Shown piece by piece: positions 8,263 through 22,200 of a DNA stretch of 64,000 bases. This DNA is from Acidimicrobiia bacterium. GTDB lineage: Bacteria > Actinomycetota > Acidimicrobiia > Spongiisociales > ZC4RG35. Within the stretch, counting starts at the first letter, position 1. Every line of letters starts with the position of its first letter. The position numbers and the translations under genes were made by a program. The stretch spans positions 1,664,001-1,728,000 of the forward strand of contig CBDBCY010000004.1 in NCBI GenBank assembly GCA_965203555.1, written 5' to 3'. A model generated the notes under the pieces. The model did not search any database, had not been told where the DNA came from, and worked only from the letters and a program-made list of their open reading frames with translations.

Positions 8263-9588
8263 TTGAACAAATTCGGATCGATCAGGAGGACAGCGGTTTG
8301 GTTGGTTGCTGCACTGTTCTTGGCGGCGTGCTCGGCCGACCCCGACCCTGTCTCAGTCACACAGACGACCGCCGCCGGAGAAGCCCCGCCGCCGTCCTCG
8401 CCCACCGACTCCCCCACCTCAACCGGACCTGTCACCACCCAAGAAGCGCCTTCCCAGCAGCCCGAAGACTCCTCGCCCACCACAGAACCCGACGCCCCGG
8501 CTACCGCGCCTCCTACGACTTCCTCCACCACTCTTAATGCCGACCAGGAGTCGTCTTCGTCCACGACTCTCCCTCCGGCTGTGCCCCCCGACAGTCTTCG
8601 GTTCGTGGAGGTGGCGAGGGGAGCACGGAACCCGATATTTCTCACCGCCTCTCCGGGCGCAGAACACTCCTACCTGGCCGAACAGGGGGGTCGAATCCTC
8701 TACATGGTCGACGACGAGATCGCCGATCCACCGGTGCTGGACATCACCGGCCAGGTCACGTTCCGCGGAGAGCAGGGACTGCTTGGCATAGCACTTCACC
8801 CAACCCGGCCCGATCGCCTATTCGTGCACTACAGCAACCGCAGCGGTCACACCGTGGTCTCCGAATTCTCCCTCACCGAGGACGGAAGAACCGCCGATCC
8901 GGACTCGGAGAGGCTCATCTTCTTCACGCAGCAGCCAGCCACCAACCACAACGGAGGGATGATCCAGTTCGGGCCTGACGGCTACCTCTACCTGGGCTTG
9001 GGCGACGGCGGCCGGGCGGGTGACTACTACGGCCACGGTCAGCGCCCCGACACTCCACTGGCGGCGCTGGTGCGCATCCATCCCGACCAGGCGACTTCAG
9101 AAGTGTGGTGGTACGGCCTCCGCAACCCCTGGCGGTTCTGGATCGACGAACCCACCGGTTTGACCTACATCGCCGATGTCGGACAGGACGCCTACGAGGA
9201 AATCAGCGTCGCCATGCTCTCCGAACCCGATCTCAACTTTGGATGGCCCATCACCGAGGGCCTTCACTGCTTCGAACCCCGCCAGGGCTGCGATCCGGCG
9301 GGTCTCACCCTGCCCGTGCTCGAAATCGCCCACGACGACGGCGGGACCTGCTCAGTCACCGGCGGCATCGTTTACCGAGGTCTCAGCATGCCCGGCCTCT
9401 GGGGCCACTACTTCTACTCGGACTACTGCGGCGGATACCTGCGCAGCTTCAGGTGGGACGGCGCCCTGGCCATGGACCTACGAGAATGGGCCTCCGACGT
9501 GGGCTCCGTGGTCTCATTTGGAACCGACGGAGAGGGGGAGATGTACATCCTCACCACCAAAGCCGTCTACCGCATCCAACCCGGCTGA
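8263..9588 (+). CDS. PQQ-dependent sugar dehydrogenase (GSDH) family lipoprotein
   Basis: Lipobox 'LAAC', Pro/Thr linker, 'GEQGLLGIALHP', 'NHNGGMIQFGPDGYLY', 'GLRNPWR'. Confidence 0.9.
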   Translation: MNKFGSIRRTAVWLVAALFLAACSADPDPVSVTQTTAAGEAPPPSSPTDSPTSTGPVTTQEAPSQQPEDSSPTTEPDAPATAPPTTSSTTLNADQESSSSTTLPPAVPPDSLRFVEVARGARNPIFLTASPGAEHSYLAEQGGRILYMVDDEIADPPVLDITGQVTFRGEQGLLGIALHPTRPDRLFVHYSNRSGHTVVSEFSLTEDGRTADPDSERLIFFTQQPATNHNGGMIQFGPDGYLYLGLGDGGRAGDYYGHGQRPDTPLAALVRIHPDQATSEVWWYGLRNPWRFWIDEPTGLTYIADVGQDAYEEISVAMLSEPDLNFGWPITEGLHCFEPRQGCDPAGLTLPVLEIAHDDGGTCSVTGGIVYRGLSMPGLWGHYFYSDYCGGYLRSFRWDGALAMDLREWASDVGSVVSFGTDGEGEMYILTTKAVYRIQPG

Positions 9589-9644
9589 TGAGAAGCCTTT
9601 CGCTTCGATGCCATTCACAAGGATTCTGGTTACCATCACAGAAG

Positions 9645-9920
9645 ATGAGCGTCGTGTCAGATTTCCTCGGTATGACATTCCGAGTCGTTTACGAAGAGGA
9701 TGTGGAACCACATGTGTCGGTGCTCTACTGGGACTGGAGCGGACCGGAACTGTCAGCCAAGTACGGCTTGGAGAGTCGTCGCATCATCGAAGGCTGGCTT
9801 CCCGAGTTGGGTATGGGTGAGATCGATATGTGGGTGGAAGAGCATCTGGCCGAGTTGGAGAAGGCGTGGGGAGACAGTCGCGTTGGTAAACGCCCGGCCC
9901 CGATCTCCCCTCTCGATTGA
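9645..9920 (+). CDS. DUF4160-like protein (divergent)
   Basis: 'MSVVSDFLGMTFRVVYEEDVEPHVSV...WVEEHLAELEKAW...PISPL'. Confidence 0.7.
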   Translation: MSVVSDFLGMTFRVVYEEDVEPHVSVLYWDWSGPELSAKYGLESRRIIEGWLPELGMGEIDMWVEEHLAELEKAWGDSRVGKRPAPISPLD

Positions 9921-9933
9921 GCCCAGGCCAGGA

Positions 9934-10302
9934 ATGTCCGCCCATGAACAGCCTGTTTACGAGTGGAACGGGCGGCGATATGTGTACGACCCCACCCGCC
10001 GACAGGAAATCAGGGACATACCCACAATCATCAAGGTGAAACCTCTGAAAGGGTTCTCTGTTTGGGTGGAGTACGAGAACGGCGAACAAGGCGAAGCGGA
10101 CCTGAATCACTTGTTAATCCAAGGAATGTTCTATGGATGGAGAAACCGGCAATACTTCGAAAGCGTCCGGCCCGTGGGGGATTTCCTGGTTTGGGGCGAA
10201 GGCGAGGTGGACATAGCTCCCGAATCACTTTACATGTGGGTTACCGGCGCCAGCTTGGACGAGATCTCGCCCATAAGGTTCGTGGATGTCCCCCAGCATT
10301 AG
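9934..10302 (+). CDS. DUF2442 domain protein (antitoxin-like)
   Basis: 'IIKVKPLKGFSVWVEYENGEQGEADL', 'LVWGEGEVDIAPESLY'. Confidence 0.8.
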   Translation: MSAHEQPVYEWNGRRYVYDPTRRQEIRDIPTIIKVKPLKGFSVWVEYENGEQGEADLNHLLIQGMFYGWRNRQYFESVRPVGDFLVWGEGEVDIAPESLYMWVTGASLDEISPIRFVDVPQH

Positions 10303-10549
10303 CCGCTTCTATGGAATAACTGTTCGTATCCACTCCAATGATCATCCCCCTCCTCACATTCACGCCATCCATGGAGGGGATCGAATCAAAGTCAATATCG
10401 AAACCCGAGAAGTAATGAGAGGCGCACTCGGCAAGAGTTCTACGAGAATACTGCTCAAGTGGATGGATGCCCACAGGGATGAACTGCTCTTGGCGTGGGA
10501 ACAGTCGCAACGCGGCATCTGGATCCAAATCCCACCTCATAGGACGTAA
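10286..10549 (+). CDS. DUF4160 domain protein (HicA-like toxin candidate)
   Basis: 'ISRFYGITVRIHSNDHPPPHIHA', 'WMDAHRDELLLAW'. Confidence 0.85.
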   Translation: MSPSISRFYGITVRIHSNDHPPPHIHAIHGGDRIKVNIETREVMRGALGKSSTRILLKWMDAHRDELLLAWEQSQRGIWIQIPPHRT

Positions 10550-10726
10550 GGATTGTTGACAATAGCCCTGACCACCACTGGCGGACCTTCCTCATCCCTC
10601 CTTCTATCGCCGGACTCAGCACACCCGGCCTGTGGAGAGCTCCGCAACTCTACTTAGACCGCTCACCTGATATCGGTGGCTAGCTAATCCCAATAGTCAT
10701 GGCAAGATCTCTCCTCCCATATGCGA

Positions 10727-12076
10727 TCAAGGGCGATATCCAACAACCGATTCATAGGTGGCAGGGTCGCTTAGCTCCTCAACGAGCTTGTCGACCCAAG
10801 CCTGCGTGTAGCCATATGCCTTCATCAATCGGTCCCAGCGACAGTATAGTTGGATTGTTAGTTCAGGCTGATGTGATCCGCCGGGAGGCCTCACGTTGTA
10901 ATGTCTCCAACAGCGGGTATGCGTATCCATTGTAAAGCGAAAGGGCAGACGTTGTGAGACCAGTGCAACAACTTCACCAGGTCTGAAGAGATCACCAGAT
11001 GCAACAGGCACTTGCCTAGGTTTAGTTACAACTGCCAGTCCCTGCAGAGCCTCTTCTACCTCGGGAGGAGTCGTTCCAGGCCTAATAAACCGGGTCACAG
11101 CGTCGGCGGATCGTTGCCTGTTTGCTGTTATAGGCACAAAGAAGATGCGTAAAGAGTACTCTGGATTTCGTAATACTTCCTCCGATACTTCCTCACGATG
11201 CCGATTCAAGAAGTCTTGGACATCAACTGGAAGTTGTGCCTGCGCCTGTTTCAGAGATTTGCCAGCCGCCGCGTCCCGGAAGCCTGACAATTGTAGAGGA
11301 ACCGAGAGTTGTTCCACTAATCCTGCTTCGACTCCAAAATGCTCGATCAGAATGTTCTCGTAGTTGAGAAGCATGGCTTGGGCTTCACTAACTACTTGAA
11401 GATCCAAAGCAGGCAAATATCGATGGGATATGATGTGGAGGAGCTTAAGGAAGAAGTCGAGATTAGCTTGCACAGCGTCCTTTTCTGGAATGACATGAAG
11501 CATTAAGTCTCGTGTTCCTTTCACTCTTACCTGCCCATCTATAAGAATTTGTTGTCCATCTCTGTCATACTCGTAGTAGTCGTCGCCATCTCGCTCCATA
11601 ATCGCTTGAAATAGAGAATTCCAGGCAATAATCATCAATACGATGAACGTCTCCGAGCGATATCTACCAATCGGATCGTTGTAAACACGTATTGCCGCCA
11701 AGGCCGACTCTCGGGACTTGGCCACCAGACGGTACTCCTCTTTGAGCGCACCCGCCTCTGTTGGGTCGATGCCGTGGACCCGCAGGAGAGCCTCTAGCCG
11801 CTCGACGCGCAGGGTTTGTGCTGACTTTCTCTCCGTTTCGTGTCCCAACCGGCGCCTGATGTAGGAAGTAAATCGTTTACCGTGACTAGCGGCGTCGTTC
11901 CAGTACTCAACTTCGAGAGCAGATTTCGGGGCACCAGATTGCCACCGTTCGAACATCTCGGTAGCCACGGCACGGTGCTCTTCTTCGCTTAGTTCAATGC
12001 CTTCCATGGCTTTCTGCGCCAGCCTTACACCGGCCAGTTTGACTTCGGAGTGGGTTGAAGAGGTGGGTTCCGCCAT
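10727..12076 (-). CDS. DUF3644 domain protein with N-terminal extension
   Basis: 'KSRESALAAIRVYNDP...RSETFIVLMIIAWNSLFQA'; ATG overlaps upstream stop (TGATG). Confidence 0.8.
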   Translation of the reverse strand: MAEPTSSTHSEVKLAGVRLAQKAMEGIELSEEEHRAVATEMFERWQSGAPKSALEVEYWNDAASHGKRFTSYIRRRLGHETERKSAQTLRVERLEALLRVHGIDPTEAGALKEEYRLVAKSRESALAAIRVYNDPIGRYRSETFIVLMIIAWNSLFQAIMERDGDDYYEYDRDGQQILIDGQVRVKGTRDLMLHVIPEKDAVQANLDFFLKLLHIISHRYLPALDLQVVSEAQAMLLNYENILIEHFGVEAGLVEQLSVPLQLSGFRDAAAGKSLKQAQAQLPVDVQDFLNRHREEVSEEVLRNPEYSLRIFFVPITANRQRSADAVTRFIRPGTTPPEVEEALQGLAVVTKPRQVPVASGDLFRPGEVVALVSQRLPFRFTMDTHTRCWRHYNVRPPGGSHQPELTIQLYCRWDRLMKAYGYTQAWVDKLVEELSDPATYESVVGYRP

Positions 12077-12762
12077 CAGGGAGCTCTCGGGGCTCCTGCG
12101 CCAAGATCTGGTGTCTCCCCATGCAGGAGTTGATCGAAGGCTTCGAGGACATAGCGCTTGGTGCGGTATTCGCCGTATTTGGCCTGCTCGTTGCGTTTGA
12201 GAGCCGGGAAGGTTGAACCGGGAGGGGGTGCATCGAGAATCCACTCCAAGTCGGTGCGGTCGAGGCGGTACATGTGGGCGAAGATGGCGTCCAGTTCGCT
12301 TTGCAGTCGGTGGCGGCGGTCGTCGTCCCAAACGAAAGGAGGACCGTTGTAGCCGAGGTCCCTGGCAAATCCTTCCAGGTCATACGCCGTGTATGTCAGC
12401 TCCAGCACTCTTGGTACGATAAGCTCGGCCCACAAGGCCTCAGACCAAGGATGTACCCTCTCCAAATAGACCTCTGGAGGGAAGACGGGCAACTGCTTCA
12501 CGATGAAGAAGCTCATGTTGACACCTCCCACGGATAGACGGGCTGCCCAGTCGAGCGGGAGGCTGTTCATATTGGCTAGTACAAGTGCAGAAGCTATTGC
12601 TCTCCCGTGTTCGTAGTCAATTACCGGAGCGCTGTGTCCAACAGCACTTTGCGGAAGATACCCTGTTATCAGGGTATGCTCGTCAGTAGCCCGTGTAATA
12701 CCGCGGAAGGCCTGTAGCCAGTTACCATAATCAGTATTGAGGACTGGGGCTTTGTGATTCAC
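12076..12762 (-). CDS. C-terminal (target-recognition/helical) part of the Eco57I-like methyltransferase, currently out of frame with the N-terminal part
   Basis: 'LANMNSLPLDWAARLSVGG...FIVKQLPV', 'RVLELTYT', 'ELDAIFAHMY', 'YGEYRTKRYVLEAF'; this frame is open upstream through the microsatellite. Confidence 0.85.
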   Translation of the reverse strand: MNHKAPVLNTDYGNWLQAFRGITRATDEHTLITGYLPQSAVGHSAPVIDYEHGRAIASALVLANMNSLPLDWAARLSVGGVNMSFFIVKQLPVFPPEVYLERVHPWSEALWAELIVPRVLELTYTAYDLEGFARDLGYNGPPFVWDDDRRHRLQSELDAIFAHMYRLDRTDLEWILDAPPPGSTFPALKRNEQAKYGEYRTKRYVLEAFDQLLHGETPDLGAGAPRAP

Positions 12763-12925
12763 AGCAGTTCCTTGTATGACCGAGAAGATGGTTGTCCGCC
12801 TGTCTGTTGACCTCGAGATATCTCTGAAGACAAGAAGCCAAAGAGGATTACAGCTCCTGAGTGACCCAATGCCCCACCCGTAATCATCGCGAAATGTCCG
12901 GTTCGTTCGTTGGTCGCGTTGGTGA

Positions 12926-12951
<26 letters not shown>
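12619..12951 (-). repeat. Three tandem divergent copies of a ~34-codon module (W/LxxFRxIxxxT(N/D)xxT...AxxHxxxV(I/L))
   Basis: Translations LAFRMITNATNERTGHFAMITGGALGHSGAVIL / WLLVFRDISRSTDRRTTIFSVIQGTAVNHKAPVL / WLQAFRGITRATDEHTLITGYLPQSAVGHSAPVI; each starts with TGGCT. Confidence 0.8.
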
Positions 12952-16396
<3,445 letters not shown>

Positions 16397-16405
16397 AAAC
16401 CTGCC

Positions 16406-19267
16406 TCACAAACTCGCGAAGGGCATGAATACGTAGACGCCGATTTTGTCGACCGGGAGCGCCGGGGTGACCTTGTGCCGCAATCCCCTGGCGCCGCTGG
16501 CGTCGCGGATGCGGCGGTGGTCCGCCAACAGTTCCCGGGCTCGCTCCTGTGCGATGCGGTTGAAGGTCTCTTTCATGGCGGGCAGGGCGTCGATCGTCTG
16601 GCGGATGAGACGGGTCTTCTGGCCGTCTTCCATGTTGCGGCCAGGCTCAAGGGCGAGTAGGGCCAGGGCATCCTCGTCGGTCAACAATCGGGGGGCCTCC
16701 CCGCCTTCGACAGCCAACGCCAGACACTCTTCGGCAAGAAGCGCTTTCAGCGGTACGTACCGTCCATCGGCGGTTCGTTGCTCCATTTGAAGCTGGCTCC
16801 GCAGCCGCAGCAGATAGAGAACGGTCCTGGTCTTGACTCCCCTGGTGAAGATGGCGCTCACCCGTGCGCCGACCTCCGGACTGTCGGCGTCGAGCGCCTG
16901 CTCCGCCACATAGTCGGCCAGGGTGGTGACCAACGGGTGGGTTCGATGAATGTATGCGGCGCCGGTGGGAGCGGGCTGGTCGAAGGAGATGCGGGCGGCT
17001 GTTTTGAACCCGACCGCTTGCAGGCGATCCTGAACAGGTTTGGGGAGGTGTCCAACCGGCAGGCGACTGTAGCCGTTCTGGCTGTGGAGCGGCGCGCCCA
17101 ACCGCTCAGCGGAGAGGCGGACGAACCGAGCCACGTCGTCGGGCCCGCCGAGGATGGACACCGTCTTCCGCCACTCGGGCAGAACATCGTCGGGCCTCAA
17201 CCGTCGCTGCGCAAAGACCGTGCGCGTCATCTTCCCACGGGCGATCTCCCAGGCGTTGTCCACCTCGACCTCGGTCTCTCCGAAGTCAAGAGCCTCCTGC
17301 CTTCCCGGACCCTGGAGAAGGACCGCCTTCATGATGGCGTCGACCACTTTGTTGTTGTCGGCGGGCAGGGGCACGGCCACGCCCAGTTCTTTGCGGATCT
17401 TCTCGGCCTTTCTCAAGATCACCCGGAGGACGGCCCCGTCGACCGGGTTGTCCTGTCCGTAGAGCATCAAGGCGCGCACGATGGGACTCGCCTGCCCGAA
17501 ACGATCCGCCCGGCCTTCCCGCTGTTCGTGGCGGGTGGGATTCCACGTGAGGTCGTAATGAATCACGGCGTCGAAATGCCTTTGCAGGTTGACCCCTTCG
17601 GAAAGACAGTCCGTCGCCACGAGCACCGGTGTGATGTTGCTGTCCAGTTCACCCAGCGCCTCCACTCGTTCCTCGCGCTGGTCGGAGGTCAGTTCTCCGG
17701 TCACCACTTCGACATGGGTCTTTCTCTTCGGCAGAGCGCGTCTGAGTTGCTCGCCCGCGTAGTGGGCAGTGGCAATGTAGCGGCAGAACACCACCGGCTT
17801 GAATCCCGCCGAAATGAGCTTTCGCGCCTCTCTGATCAGCGCCCGGAGCTTGGGGTCCTGTTTGGGTCCCCGCAAGGCGTCAGCCCGCTCGATGAGTTGG
17901 CGAAGCGCAACCGACTCCTCGTCCGATTCGTCAGCCTCCTCCAAGATGCCGGCAGGAACGCTCTCGTTGAGCGTCAGGGAATCATCGGCCGCCTCGTCCA
18001 TCACCGTTTCTCTGGCGGTTCGCTCCAGGTCGTCGATCTGTTGCTGCTCGCTCCCGCTTTGCGCGGCTTGAAGCCTGGTGCGCAATGCCAGCGACGCGGC
18101 GGCGGGACTTGAGGAGAGACATCGCAACAACGCAAGCGCCGCCCACCAAGACATCCGCTGCTGAAGCTTGGTGCCGCCCTCGGCCTGCTTCACCATGGCG
18201 CGGGCGTAGGCGAGCACATCACCGAATATCCTCCCCCAGTCACCGGTCAACCGGTAGGTGGATTCCCGGCTCTCGCGGACGGGAAACCCGGCGGCGTCTT
18301 TCCACTCGTCGATGTCACCGCGCCGACGCTGCACGAAGTGCGCGGCAAGCTCCTCACGCAATGCCCGGCGATCCTTTCCCTGGGGCAAATCGGACAGCCC
18401 GGCGAACTTCGGCTCCAACAGACCCAGGAGGTTGTGAAAAGCGATGTCGTCGCCCGAATGCGGCGTGGCGGTCAGGAACACCATTCCCCGCCTGGGTTCG
18501 CTCTCGGCGAGACCTTTCAGCAACTGGTAACGCTGATGGCGGGTGTTGGTGTTGGCACGAACGCAGGTGTGGGCCTCATCGACGATCACGAAATCGGGAC
18601 AGGCGCGCAGAAAGTCATTTCGGCGCCGGTCCGACTTGATGTAGTCGAGGGAGACGACCGTGAAGGGATAGACCTCGAAGATGGACTCGTCTGGCCGCAG
18701 GCCGCGTTCCAGGCGGGTGGCCGTTCCGGTTCGGACCACTTCTGCGTCGATGCCGAACTTCTCCTCCAGTTCCTGCTTCCACTGTTCACAGAGATGCGGC
18801 GGGCAGATCACGGTGAACCGTTCGATCTCGCCGCGATCGATGAGTTCCCGGGCGATGAGACACGCCTCAATGGTCTTTCCGATCCCCACATCGTCGGCCA
18901 CCAGCAGTCGGATAGTGTCCAACTTGAGAGCCATGAGTAAAGGGACCAACTGGTAGGGGCGGGGTTCGACGTTGATGTTCCCCACACTTCGAAAGGGACC
19001 GGCGCCGGCCCGAAGCTTGAGACGGAGTGCATCCCTGAGAAGAAGGGCGGCTTCCTGGGAGCCCGGCTTGTCAGGATTGGGCAGGTCGAACGTGGCCGCA
19101 ACCGGCGGCTCAGGCTCCAAAGGCAGGTAGATCAGCGTGGCGTCGTCTTCCGCGCCGCCGAGTGGGCGCAACTTCATGAGGTTGGGACGCGTCTCGGGGA
19201 GGACCACCCACTCGCGTCCGCGCGCCCGGACCAGATCACCGGGTTTGAACCGGACCGATACCGCCAT
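16406..19267 (-). CDS. SNF2-family helicase (DrmD-like)
   Basis: 'PGDLVRARGREWVV', 'LLVADDVGIGKT', 'DEAH', 'LTATPHSG', 'SEGVNLQ', 'WNPTRHEQREGRADR'. Confidence 0.9.
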   Translation of the reverse strand: MAVSVRFKPGDLVRARGREWVVLPETRPNLMKLRPLGGAEDDATLIYLPLEPEPPVAATFDLPNPDKPGSQEAALLLRDALRLKLRAGAGPFRSVGNINVEPRPYQLVPLLMALKLDTIRLLVADDVGIGKTIEACLIARELIDRGEIERFTVICPPHLCEQWKQELEEKFGIDAEVVRTGTATRLERGLRPDESIFEVYPFTVVSLDYIKSDRRRNDFLRACPDFVIVDEAHTCVRANTNTRHQRYQLLKGLAESEPRRGMVFLTATPHSGDDIAFHNLLGLLEPKFAGLSDLPQGKDRRALREELAAHFVQRRRGDIDEWKDAAGFPVRESRESTYRLTGDWGRIFGDVLAYARAMVKQAEGGTKLQQRMSWWAALALLRCLSSSPAAASLALRTRLQAAQSGSEQQQIDDLERTARETVMDEAADDSLTLNESVPAGILEEADESDEESVALRQLIERADALRGPKQDPKLRALIREARKLISAGFKPVVFCRYIATAHYAGEQLRRALPKRKTHVEVVTGELTSDQREERVEALGELDSNITPVLVATDCLSEGVNLQRHFDAVIHYDLTWNPTRHEQREGRADRFGQASPIVRALMLYGQDNPVDGAVLRVILRKAEKIRKELGVAVPLPADNNKVVDAIMKAVLLQGPGRQEALDFGETEVEVDNAWEIARGKMTRTVFAQRRLRPDDVLPEWRKTVSILGGPDDVARFVRLSAERLGAPLHSQNGYSRLPVGHLPKPVQDRLQAVGFKTAARISFDQPAPTGAAYIHRTHPLVTTLADYVAEQALDADSPEVGARVSAIFTRGVKTRTVLYLLRLRSQLQMEQRTADGRYVPLKALLAEECLALAVEGGEAPRLLTDEDALALLALEPGRNMEDGQKTRLIRQTIDALPAMKETFNRIAQERARELLADHRRIRDASGARGLRHKVTPALPVDKIGVYVFMPFASL

Positions 19268-19272
19268 CGCCG

Positions 19273-22200
19273 TCACACTCCCTGCGCGGTTGCCATGCGA
19301 TGCCCGGCGCCGAAGACCCAGGCGTAGTCGCCGACCATGCCGACCCATGAAGCCTGGTCGGCGGGGAAACGCACCACGGTGAAGCCTGCGTCCTCGAGAC
19401 GCCTGGTTATTCGGGCGTCGAGAATCTTCTGCGTGTTTCCCCGATGATGCGGACCATCGACATAGATCAGGGTCTGGTGGTTGGCATAGGCGAAGTCAGG
19501 CCGGGTGCCGTATTCCTCCAGGTAGGGCTGCACGCGATCCGGCAAGCGGTACTCATTCTCCCTCAGGAAATCGATCCATGCCCTTTCAAGACTGGAGGTG
19601 GAGGCATTCGTCAACTCATCGAAGGCCCCAAGGCTCTTTCGCTCCGCATGGGTCAGTCGGCAGAGAAGTTCGACCATGGCCTCGTCTTTCCGGTCGATGG
19701 ACGAGTGGTCCGGCTGGTTGTAGTAGCTGAGGAGACAGCGATAGCAACCCGCCTCGCATTCGGGCTGCTGATCCTCCAAGTCATCGGCGTCCGTCCAATC
19801 ACCGGACTTTGAGGCGTAGTGACAGACCTCAAGCGCCCTCCGGGCGATTCGGGGGATCGCCCCCGGGTCGCCTGCCAGGCGGGTGAGCACGCCTGCGCCG
19901 CCCTCGGCCGCCTCGTAGAAGAGAATGGTGCTGCGGTGGTCCCGATCAGGCAGAGGCTCGGCGGCAAGTTCCGATTCCTCCAACTGAAATTCCTGCTCGA
20001 TGCCGCGTTTCAGCGCATATTGCAATGAGACCATGGCTTCGGTGGAAAGATCGGTTACGGGCCGGAGGACGAGAACGTTCTTGGTGTCCCTCACGAACGG
20101 CGTGATACGCTGCACCGTTTTGCCCTCTTTCACCCGGTCGTCTTCGGCGTCGGTCGGCGCCTGCGAGTCCTTCGTCCATTCCCCGGTGTTCGGATCGACA
20201 CTGAATCCGTACACGGACTTCTCCTTGCGCCGGCGCCATCCCAGGTTGATGCGCCACAGCGTGGCGGCCGGGCCGTATTTGAGCTCCAAGAGTTCCTCGC
20301 CCCGGTGCTCCACAACGGCTCTCTCCACGCGCGGCCGACCATTTTCCTCGCTGAATCGGAGAGTGGTGACCATCTCGTAGCCTTGGCGCTGTCTTTCCTC
20401 CTCATCGGAAGTGATGCGGGTCGCCCGGCGAGTCGAGACCTGCGCGATGCGATACAGATTCCATATGCGGCGCCCCTCCCCCAAACGAATGTCGCAACTG
20501 GCGCAGCGTTCGAATTCCTTCTGGTCCCCAAAGTGCCCGTAGCCGCAGGAAGGGCAGATCCGGGCGGCTTGCACGGGTAGTGCCGCCGAGGTGGTCACCT
20601 CGCCTCGAACTGTGAGAATGATGCGCCGCACCCGGTAGGTGCTGCCTTCGTGATAGATGATGGATTGTGGACCGAACTCGGTGAGACCCAGAAACCGCGG
20701 TCGGCTCAGGAAGGAGTCACGGGCGACCTTCCCTCTTCTCCCCGGGATGAACGCCATGAGCGGCAACCTCGGGAAGTTGTAACCCGGCAGGAACCCTTCC
20801 GAGGCGAGATAGCGGTAGGTGTAGAAGTCAGAGTTCATGGTCCGCCTGCTGTCGAGCAGCAGACTCTGCTGTATGTAGGCCTCGTCGTATCGAGCCTTGG
20901 CTTCTTTCCGCTCCCTCTCGGTGGCCGCCGCACTGTTCACCACGCGGTTGGCGCGTTTCATCTGGCTGGTCGTGGCGCGATAGAGAGAACGCCAACGGTC
21001 GAAGGCTTCGTCGAAACGCCGGCTCGCCGAATTGATGGCGCTGTCCAGCCAGGTATCGGTGTACCAGGGGGCGAATTGTTCGGAGAGGTCCCTGCCGAGC
21101 GTGGCGAGTATGCGCCGGGAGCGCCTGGTGGTTTCCTCCAGAACCAGGGAGCGGCCGACCTGGGCGGCGATGTCGGGGCGCAGGGGCATGACCTCGGTGC
21201 TCTCCAGATCGAGCACCTCGGGGACTGATGTACCCAGACTGACGCCTGTTTCTGCCAGCCAAACCGCCTGCAAGTGGCTTCGGACCAAGTCCTCGTTGGC
21301 AAGATCAATGGTCGGCGGGTTGACGGCGCCCGCCACCATGCGGGCGGGATCGGAGAAGAAGTACTGGTCGTGAGGCGATCGGGCCGCGCAGTAGGTGACC
21401 ACCAGGGCCGGCTGGCCACTGCGCCCGGCGCGTCCGCTGCGCTGCGCATAATTGGCGGGCGTGGGTGGAACGTTCCGCAGGTAGACCGTGTTGAGAGTGG
21501 AGATATCGACTCCGAGCTCCATCGTCGGCGAGCAGAACAGCACCGGCAGCCCCGCCTCCTCTATCTCACCGTTCACGACGCGTTCCCCTTCGAGGCCCTT
21601 GCGGAACCGCTTCTCCCGTTCCTCCCGTACATCTGACTCCACCTGGGCGGTGTGTTCTCGGGCCTCGAGCTGGTGGAGGAAGCGGTCGTCGACGCCGAGA
21701 AGCTTGGCGACATTCCGGTACAGCGTGCGGAAAAAGGCATTGGTGGCGCTCGTATCGGGCGAGTCGGATCGCTTTGCAAGCCGCCATTGCAGAGCGGAAC
21801 TGTCGATCCGGTACCCGGTACGGCCGCCGCCCAGATCGCTGGACTCCACGTATCCGTAGGTGATGAGGACCCGTAGAACATCGTCGATGACCGCGTTGTA
21901 GACGCCCTCGTCGAACTTCGCCGGGTAATGACGATTGTCCCGACCCCAAAAGGCCTGAGACTTGAAGCGGCGCGCGAAAGCCGAGCGATAGGACACATGC
22001 AATGTGCGGTAGTCCTTGCGCCTGCCCTTCGTGCCGGGCCGGGGAACCATGTAGGCGTGGGAGAAAAGGCGCTCCTCCTCTGACAGACCCCAGGGTTCCT
22101 TCAGCTGGTTGAAGCTCCGATTGCGGACCTGCTCCTGGAAATTCGGATCGAGATAGACCGTTTTGATACACAGTGCGCTTCTCATGCGGTCAAGGAGCGC

